Source: an uncultured Planctomycetales bacterium
GTDB taxonomy: Bacteria; Omnitrophota; Gorgyraeia; Zapsychrales; JBDRMG01
Direction: 5' to 3'
Assembly (NCBI GenBank): GCA_964478715.1
Contig: CAYZIY010000007.1
Coordinates: 20,220 to 84,219, forward strand
Length of the DNA stretch: 64,000 bases
A program made the translations under genes and the position numbers. This document shows positions 57,895-64,000 of this stretch, one piece after another. Each line of letters opens with the position of its first letter. Position 1 is the stretch's first letter. The notes under the pieces were generated by a model. The model saw only the letters and a list, made by a program, of their open reading frames with translations. It did not search any database and was not told where the DNA came from.

Positions 57895-59150
57895 TGGCCT
57901 TTAAGGACAATCGTTTTATCAAAAACATGCTTTTATTTCTGGCCATTATGGGTCCGGGTATTATCACGGCCAATGTGGATAATGACGCCGGCGGGATTGC
58001 GACGTATTCTTTGGCCGGCGCTCAATTCGGTTATTCGCTTTTATGGTCGCTGATTCCGATAACCCTTTCTCTCATTGTGGTTCAGGAAATGTGCGCGCGC
58101 ATGGCTGTGGCGACAGGCAAGGGCCTGGCGGATTTGATTCGTGAAAATTTTGGCGTCAAGGTTACGTTTTATCTGATGCTGGTGCTTTTATTTGTCAATC
58201 TCCTCAACACCATGGCTGAATTTGCCGGTGTGGCGGCGGCAATGGAGATTTTCGGAATTTATAAATGGCTTTCAGTTCCTCTGGCCGGGCTTTTTGTCTG
58301 GATGCTGGTGGTACGCGGGACATATAAATCCGTCGAGAAAATATTCCTGGCGGCCTGCTTTTTTTATGTGGCCTATGTGATTTCCGGTTTTATTGCTGAT
58401 CCCGATTGGGGGGAAGTGGCTCGGTCAACGATCCGGCCGCAGTTTTCTTTTGATTTGAAATATGCGGTGATGCTGGTCGGATTGATTGGAACCACCATTG
58501 CGCCCTGGATGCAGTTTTATCTACAGTCTTCCATTGTCGATAAAGGGATCAGTGCCGAGGAATACCGGCACTTGCGCATGGATGTCGTTGGCGGATGTAT
58601 CATCGCTCCTGTAGTGGCTTTTTTTATCGTAGTGGCTTGTGCGGCCACCATGCATCAGCACGGGGTTCATATCGAAAGCGCGAAAGATGCGGCTCTCGCT
58701 TTGCGTCCTTTGGCCGGGCCTTATGCCAGTCTGCTTTTTGCATTCGGACTTTTTAATGCCTCTATTTTTGCCGCCTCCGTGCTTCCTTTATCCACTGCTT
58801 ATTGTATCTGTGAGGGGATGGGCTGGAACGCGGGTGTGGACAGCCGTTTTGAAGAAGCGCCCCAGTTTTTCGGGCTCTACACGGCTATCATTCTGATCGG
58901 TGCCGGCGTTGTTCTCATTCCAAAATTTCCGCTTTTGAAAATCATGTATTTTTCTCAGGTCGGAAATGGAATCCTCCTTCCCTTTATTTTGATTTTCATG
59001 CTGATTCTCATTAACAATAAGGAGATCATGGGAGAATTCGTCAACAGCCGGTTGTTTAATATCGTGGCCTGGCTGACGGTTATTGTTGTCATCGCCTTGA
59101 CGTTTTTGATGTGCGCGTTTTTGGTGATGATGCCCGAGACGGTTCTTTAG
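57867..59150 (+). CDS. NRAMP-family divalent metal cation transporter
   Basis: GPGIITANVDNDAGGIATYSLAGAQFGYSLLW (NRAMP DPGN-type motif region), 11-12 TM. An alternative GTG start at 57894 has RBS AAGGAG 8 nt upstream. Confidence 0.8.
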   Translation: MGQIQGETLVAFKDNRFIKNMLLFLAIMGPGIITANVDNDAGGIATYSLAGAQFGYSLLWSLIPITLSLIVVQEMCARMAVATGKGLADLIRENFGVKVTFYLMLVLLFVNLLNTMAEFAGVAAAMEIFGIYKWLSVPLAGLFVWMLVVRGTYKSVEKIFLAACFFYVAYVISGFIADPDWGEVARSTIRPQFSFDLKYAVMLVGLIGTTIAPWMQFYLQSSIVDKGISAEEYRHLRMDVVGGCIIAPVVAFFIVVACAATMHQHGVHIESAKDAALALRPLAGPYASLLFAFGLFNASIFAASVLPLSTAYCICEGMGWNAGVDSRFEEAPQFFGLYTAIILIGAGVVLIPKFPLLKIMYFSQVGNGILLPFILIFMLILINNKEIMGEFVNSRLFNIVAWLTVIVVIALTFLMCAFLVMMPETVL

Positions 59151-59194
59151 ATTTCGAAATATACAAAATATACAAAAGGAAGTGAAAAATCTTG

Positions 59195-59403
59195 ACAACA
59201 CTTTTGATATATGATAAAAAAAATGATAATAGAAACTGAAAAGATAAGAAAAATTATATGAGAATTATCGACGAGAATCAAATATCAATGGAAGGCAAGG
59301 TGAAGGGAAGCTTCACTGAAAAGCTTCCTTTGGGAAGTTAGGAGAACAAAAGGAATTGAAAGAAGCGATACGATAGGGGACCTTAAAATTAAGGTCCCTT
59401 TTT
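59195..59403 (+). promoter_or_regulatory. Leader region upstream of the ATP-grasp/kamA pair: promoter-like TTGACA...TAAAAA, a 27-codon mini-ORF (MRIIDENQISMEGKVKGSFTEKLPLGS), an 8-bp hairpin and an intrinsic terminator (AGGGACCTTAAAATTAAGGTCCC plus TTTTT) ending 10 nt before the gene start
   Basis: Seen directly. The gene start at 59413 lacks a Shine-Dalgarno sequence, while AGGAG lies inside the leader. Confidence 0.4.
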
Positions 59404-59412
59404 CTGTGTATT

Positions 59413-60432
59413 ATGAAAAAAGTTATTGGACTGACATACGATTGCAAAGAAGATTGGAAGATGACAGAGGGTCTTCCGCGCGATTTTAACGCCGAGTTTG
59501 ATCCCCCTCAAACGATTGCGCAGATTATCGAGGCGATAGAAGCCTGTGGTTATCAAACAAAAAAGATTGGCAATGTTTATCAGTTATTGAAAATGATTGA
59601 TACGCTGGATGTGGACATTGTTTTCAATATTGCCGAAGGGTATTACGGGCGCAATCGCGAATCGCAGGTTCCTATTCTTTTAGAGGCCAAAAATATTCCC
59701 TACATAGGCAGCGACGGATTAACGCTGGGTTTGACTTTGGATAAAATCATTGCCAAGAAAATATTTCAGGCCGAAGGGGTTCCCACTCCGCGGTATTTTG
59801 AAGCCTCTTCCGTTGACAATTTAGAAAGAATGAACATGCTCGGCTATCCACTTTTCGTTAAAACCCGGCATGAAGGATCATCTAAAGGGCTTTCGGAAAA
59901 ATCCCGCGTTCACAGCAAGGAGGAATTAAAACGTCAGGTGGCTTTGATCAATGATGTCTATCAACAAAGTGCATTGGTCGAAGAATTTATCCGCGGCAGT
60001 GAATTTACCGTGGCCGTGATCGGCAATAAACAGCCCGAGGCGCTTCCGGTGGTTCAGATTCAGATCAACGGAAAGCTTGATTTGAAAGACGACTTCTATA
60101 CCTTTGCCCATATTTCTTCTGATAAAGTTCAATACATTTGCCCGGCGCCGATTGATGCAGGTCTTGAAAAGAAATTGAAAGACTTAGCCTTAAAGGTTTA
60201 TCAATCGGTGGGCTGTCGCGATCTCGGACGGATTGATTTTCGCGTTGATGAAAAAGGTAATCCTTATGTCCTTGAAATCAATCCTCTGCCCTGCTTGGGA
60301 CGTGATGATGTCTTTTATTTTATCCCCAAGGCGCTGGGATTCTCTTACGAAGAGATGATCGGCCGGATTATCGATCAGGGATTAGAGCGCAACGGACTTA
60401 ATAACGGAAAACTTGAGGAAGCAATCCGGTGA
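59413..60432 (+). CDS. D-alanine--D-alanine ligase-family ATP-grasp enzyme
   Basis: Ddl-like N-domain and ATP-grasp motifs (YPLFVKTRHEGSSKG, EINPLPCLG). Overlaps kamA by ATGA. Confidence 0.7.
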   Translation: MKKVIGLTYDCKEDWKMTEGLPRDFNAEFDPPQTIAQIIEAIEACGYQTKKIGNVYQLLKMIDTLDVDIVFNIAEGYYGRNRESQVPILLEAKNIPYIGSDGLTLGLTLDKIIAKKIFQAEGVPTPRYFEASSVDNLERMNMLGYPLFVKTRHEGSSKGLSEKSRVHSKEELKRQVALINDVYQQSALVEEFIRGSEFTVAVIGNKQPEALPVVQIQINGKLDLKDDFYTFAHISSDKVQYICPAPIDAGLEKKLKDLALKVYQSVGCRDLGRIDFRVDEKGNPYVLEINPLPCLGRDDVFYFIPKALGFSYEEMIGRIIDQGLERNGLNNGKLEEAIR

Positions 60433-61625
60433 AATCGTCAGAAACTATTGAAAGACAAAAAATCGTTCTCAAACAGGAAACCCAATCGCAGCCTGTCATT
60501 AATCTGACACGCAAAGAAAACCGTGTGTTTAACTTCTTTCATGATGCCACGCCTCTAGATTGGGAAGACTGGCGCTGGCAGCTTAGAAATCGCATTCGCA
60601 CCAAAGATGTTTTATCCAATGTGATCAATCTCACCGAAGAAGAGATTCAGGGTCTGGAGATGGTTAACGGACGGCCGAATATGGCTATTCCGCCTTATTT
60701 TGCTTCTCTAATGGATCCCGATGATCCCAAATGCCCGATTCGTCTTCAGTGCGTTCCCCGCAAACAGGAATTCATCAAAAGCGAGCACGAAATGGAAGAT
60801 CCCTGTGGGGAGGATAATCATTCACCCACACCGGGATTGGTTCATCGCTATCCGGATCGGGTTTTATTTTTGGTCAGCGAGATGTGTCCCATGTATTGCC
60901 GTTATTGTACCCGTTCGCGTTTAGTGGGAGACGGAAAGAAGAAACTCCGATCCTCCACTTATCAGGCCGCTTTTGATTATATCCGGACGAATAAAAAAAT
61001 CCGCGATGTTTTGATTTCCGGCGGTGATCCCTTGATTCTCGGCGATGAAATCCTCGAAGATATTATCGCTCAGGTCAAGGCCATTCCACATGTGGAATTT
61101 GTGCGCCTGGGCACGCGGGTTCCCGTAACATTGCCGCAGAGAATCACAGACGATCTTATCCGGATCTTTAAAAAATACAGTCCTCTTTGGATCAGTATTC
61201 ATTTTACGCATCCTAAGGAAATCACCAAGCGGGTACGGTTTGCCTGTGATTTGCTGGCCGAGAGCGGGATGCCTTTAGGGAGCCAGACCGTTTTGCTTAA
61301 GGGCATCAACGACAAGCCTTATATAATAAAGAAACTCATGCAGGAGCTTCTCAAGATTCGCGTCAGACCCTATTATATTTATCAATGCGATCCTATTTAC
61401 GGATCGGCGCATTTCCGCACGCCTCTTATCAGTGGAATCAATATCATCGATAAGCTCAGGGGGCACACCAGCGGTTATGCGGTGCCTACCTTTGTGGTCG
61501 ACAGTCCCGGCGGGGGCGGAAAAATTCCGGTTGGACCCGATTATGTTGTTTCCAAGACGGAAAAGACCGTTGTCCTTAAGAATTTTGCCGGCGAACAATA
61601 CACCCATTATGATCCCGATCAATAG
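60429..61625 (+). CDS. kamA: Lysine 2,3-aminomutase (radical SAM, KamA/AblA family)
   Basis: CPMYCRYCTRS radical-SAM cluster motif, PLP-binding region, C-terminal zinc-site cysteines. Confidence 0.85.
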   Translation: MKSSETIERQKIVLKQETQSQPVINLTRKENRVFNFFHDATPLDWEDWRWQLRNRIRTKDVLSNVINLTEEEIQGLEMVNGRPNMAIPPYFASLMDPDDPKCPIRLQCVPRKQEFIKSEHEMEDPCGEDNHSPTPGLVHRYPDRVLFLVSEMCPMYCRYCTRSRLVGDGKKKLRSSTYQAAFDYIRTNKKIRDVLISGGDPLILGDEILEDIIAQVKAIPHVEFVRLGTRVPVTLPQRITDDLIRIFKKYSPLWISIHFTHPKEITKRVRFACDLLAESGMPLGSQTVLLKGINDKPYIIKKLMQELLKIRVRPYYIYQCDPIYGSAHFRTPLISGINIIDKLRGHTSGYAVPTFVVDSPGGGGKIPVGPDYVVSKTEKTVVLKNFAGEQYTHYDPDQ

Positions 61626-61773
61626 GTTTTTCTTTCCCGAGCCAGTTAATCTTAAGAACATCTTAAGGATATCTTCTTAAGGATATCTTTCTTTACAAAT
61701 CAGATGTCTTTTGTATAATAGGGGCATCCTTTACCAAGTGAAAATATTCAGGAAAGTAGGTGAATAACTTAAT

Positions 61774-61935
61774 ATGGTAGAAATCAAAGTCAGAGATAAA
61801 GCCGGCTTCGAGAAGGCCATGAGGATCTTCAAAAAGCAGTGCCAAAAAGAAGGATTTCTCATGGAAATCAAAGAACGGCGATATTATTCTAAACCGTCAG
61901 AAAAAAAGAGACGCCGCGGAAAGAAAAAACGCTGA
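61774..61935 (+). CDS. rpsU: Ribosomal protein bS21
   Basis: 53-aa ORF MVEIKVRDKAGFEKAMRIFKKQCQKEGFLMEIKERRYYSKPSEKKRRRGKKKR parallels E. coli S21 ([42 protein letters not shown]...). Below the ORF-track length cutoff. SD AGGTGA 10 nt upstream. Confidence 0.8.
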   Translation: MVEIKVRDKAGFEKAMRIFKKQCQKEGFLMEIKERRYYSKPSEKKRRRGKKKR

Positions 61936-61953
61936 TCGTAACGATTTGTCTTT

Positions 61954-62472
61954 ATGGAACAAAATCCGAAAAAAATCGCTATTTTGATTGAAGACCTTTA
62001 TCAGGTTTTGGAAGTCTGGTATCCTCTTTTTCGGCTTAAAGAAGAAGGATACGATGTTATTTTGGTCGGTACCGGTACCAAGGACCAATATGCCAGCAAG
62101 GAAGGTTATCCCGTTAGGGTTGATTGTGCGATCGATGATGTTGATCCCCAGACCTTTGCTGCGGTGGTGATTCCCGGCGGGTATGCGCCCGATATTCTCA
62201 GGCGGTATCCGCAGATAGTATCTTTTATCAAGGAGATCGAGAAGCAGAAGAAAATTGTCGCTGCGATCTGTCATGGCGGGTGGCTTTTGGTTTCGGCTGA
62301 TATTGTCCGCGGTAAAAAAGCTACCTGTTTTTACGCGATCAAAGACGATTTGATCGCTGCCGGAGCAAGCTATGTGGATGAAGAAACCGTTGTCGACGGA
62401 AATTTAATTACGGCCCGAAAACCCAGTGATCTGATTCGCTTTACCAAGGCTATCATCGACGGTGTTCAGTAA
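61954..62472 (+). CDS. DJ-1/PfpI-family protein (class I glutamine-amidotransferase-like)
   Basis: Nucleophile-elbow AICHGG with conserved His, 172 aa. Confidence 0.8.
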   Translation: MEQNPKKIAILIEDLYQVLEVWYPLFRLKEEGYDVILVGTGTKDQYASKEGYPVRVDCAIDDVDPQTFAAVVIPGGYAPDILRRYPQIVSFIKEIEKQKKIVAAICHGGWLLVSADIVRGKKATCFYAIKDDLIAAGASYVDEETVVDGNLITARKPSDLIRFTKAIIDGVQ

Positions 62473-62508
62473 ATATATCTTTCCTGATTCGAGCGAAATC
62501 CAAATTCC

Positions 62509-64000
62509 ATGATTAAAGTCAAGCGTGCGCTTATCAGTGTTTCCGATAAAACCGGGCTCATTCCTTTTGCCAAAGGACTTTATCGCTCAGGTATCGAGAT
62601 CATATCGACGGGAGGAACGGCTAAACAGTTAAAAAAGGCCGGGATTCCGGTAGGGGAGGTTGATACCTACACCGGCTTCCCTGAGATGCTTGACGGCAGA
62701 GTCAAGACACTTCATCCGGTGATTCACGCCGGCCTTTTAGCTTTACGCGATAATCCCCAGCATATGCAGGAGGTCAGTCAACATCAGATCGGTTTGATCG
62801 ATATGGTGGTTGTCAATCTTTATCCCTTTGAGCAAATTATCCGCAAACCGAATGTATTGCTCGCGGAGGTGATCGATCATATTGATATCGGGGGTCCTTC
62901 CATGATCCGCTCGGCCGCGAAAAACTACAGGAGCGTAGCGGTGATCTGCAATCCGGCGCGTTATCATGATATCCTCAAAGAACTGGATACCAACAGCGGT
63001 ATCCTCGCCGATACTGTTTTGATGGGTTTAGCTTTAGAGGCATTCGATCGTTCGGCTCGCTATGACAGCGCGATTTATCATTATCTCAATGAACGATTGC
63101 GTACAGGAGAGATCACCCAATTCCCAAAGGAATTATCCGTGCGTTTGCAGAAAGTGCGGGATCTGCGTTACGGAGAAAATCCGCATCAACAGGCCGCTTT
63201 TTATCAATATGGCTCTCAGGCAAGCGGTATGGCGGCTATCAGACAATTGCACGGGAAAGAGCTATCTTTTAATAATTATCTCGATCTGGAGGCAGCGGCC
63301 AAGGTGGTGTGTGATTTTAAGGAACCCGCAGCTGTCATTGTTAAACATAATAATCCGACGGGAGTAGCCCTTGAGAAAACGGCCACCAAAGCTTTCCGCC
63401 TGGCCTTACAATGCGACCGGCTCTCGGCTTTTGGCGGGATTATCGGATTTAATAGAAAGATTGACGGTCCTTGCGCCAAAGAAATAATCAAAAGCGGTTT
63501 TATGGAATGTGTGCTGGCTCCTTCTTTTAACCGGCAGGCGCTTAAAACCTTGAGAACAAAAAAGAATCTGCGGTTGATTGAAGTTTCTCTGGATAAATAC
63601 CGTTACAAACAGCATGATCTTAAAGGTCTTCAAGGCGGCTTTTTGGCTCAGGACCAGGACCGCCGGGAGATCAGCAAGAAGGAAGTCAAGTGCGTTACAA
63701 AAATCAAGCCGACATCAGCTCAGATAGACGCACTGCTTTTCGGATGGACAGTCGTCAAGCATGTGCGCTCTAATGCGATTGTTTTGGTGAAAGGCAGAAA
63801 GACCGTCGGCATTGGCTGCGGACAGACTTCTCGGGTTGAAGCCGTTGATCTGGCGATTAAAAAAGCAGGAAAAAAAGCCAAAGGTGCCTGCCTGGCTTCC
63901 GATGCATTTTTCCCGAAAGCCGATAATATCCATCTGGCGGCCAAGGCCGGAGTTAAAGCGATCATTCAGCCCGGCGGCTCAATCGCTGATCAGGAAGTTA
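62509..64000 (+). CDS. purH: Bifunctional AICAR transformylase / IMP cyclohydrolase, partial (runs off the window end)
   Basis: MIKVKRALISVSDKTGL MGS-like N-terminus and downstream AICARFT domain. Open to the window end. Confidence 0.9.
   Translation, partial: MIKVKRALISVSDKTGLIPFAKGLYRSGIEIISTGGTAKQLKKAGIPVGEVDTYTGFPEMLDGRVKTLHPVIHAGLLALRDNPQHMQEVSQHQIGLIDMVVVNLYPFEQIIRKPNVLLAEVIDHIDIGGPSMIRSAAKNYRSVAVICNPARYHDILKELDTNSGILADTVLMGLALEAFDRSARYDSAIYHYLNERLRTGEITQFPKELSVRLQKVRDLRYGENPHQQAAFYQYGSQASGMAAIRQLHGKELSFNNYLDLEAAAKVVCDFKEPAAVIVKHNNPTGVALEKTATKAFRLALQCDRLSAFGGIIGFNRKIDGPCAKEIIKSGFMECVLAPSFNRQALKTLRTKKNLRLIEVSLDKYRYKQHDLKGLQGGFLAQDQDRREISKKEVKCVTKIKPTSAQIDALLFGWTVVKHVRSNAIVLVKGRKTVGIGCGQTSRVEAVDLAIKKAGKKAKGACLASDAFFPKADNIHLAAKAGVKAIIQPGGSIADQEV

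Noticed and set aside
59195-59403. Lysine (L-box) riboswitch upstream of the ATP-grasp/kamA pair
   Set aside because: At about 210 nt it is in range, but none of the conserved L-box helices or motifs are recognisable. It is kept only as a generic leader/attenuator.

Overview
This 64 kb window is a chromosomal segment of a moderate-GC bacterium. A PVC-superphylum or candidate-phylum organism is suggested by its Chlamydia/spirochaete-style V-type ATPase operon, PilZ proteins and type IV pilin-like genes. Most of the window is housekeeping sequence on the + strand:

- a D-Ala-D-Ala carboxypeptidase and glmS-rsmI;
- a PyrR-attenuated pyrR-pyrB-pyrC ... pyrK-pyrD-pyrF operon, interrupted by a tRNA-Arg, LOG-like and ICMT-like insert and a decayed TauE/SafE gene;
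- a complete V/A-type ATPase operon (atpE-DUF2764-atpA-atpB-atpD-atpI-atpK) bounded by tRNA-Val;
- the trehalose synthase gene treT, pabB-pabC, era, nrnA, nth, kamA, rpsU and purH.

Four tRNA genes are present: Glu-CTC, Arg-CCG, Val-TAC and Asp-GTC.

The standout region is a minus-strand cluster of about 9.7 kb (44055-53960). It holds two paralogous three-gene modules. Each module encodes a type IV pilin-like protein carrying extracellular C-G-D-G-x-C...C-P-x-D-C cysteine-rich repeats; one of the two also carries a C-terminal Hint/bacterial-intein-like domain. Each module also encodes a small secreted cysteine-repeat protein (one with a dockerin-like segment) and a giant protein of about 940 aa whose N-terminus resembles TadE/TadG pseudopilins. 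Each module sits behind the same promoter and a conserved leader RNA of 200-260 nt. The two leaders show compensatory hairpin changes, and each carries a terminator-like hairpin abutting the RBS, so a riboswitch or attenuator is possible.

Other unusual items are an M1-aminopeptidase/Omp85-barrel fusion, a PilZ/coiled-coil/six-hairpin protein, a DEDD-exonuclease-WYL fusion, and a stand-alone MgtE cytosolic sensor beside an NRAMP transporter. There is also a degraded island next to tRNA-Asp carrying an ArsR regulator.
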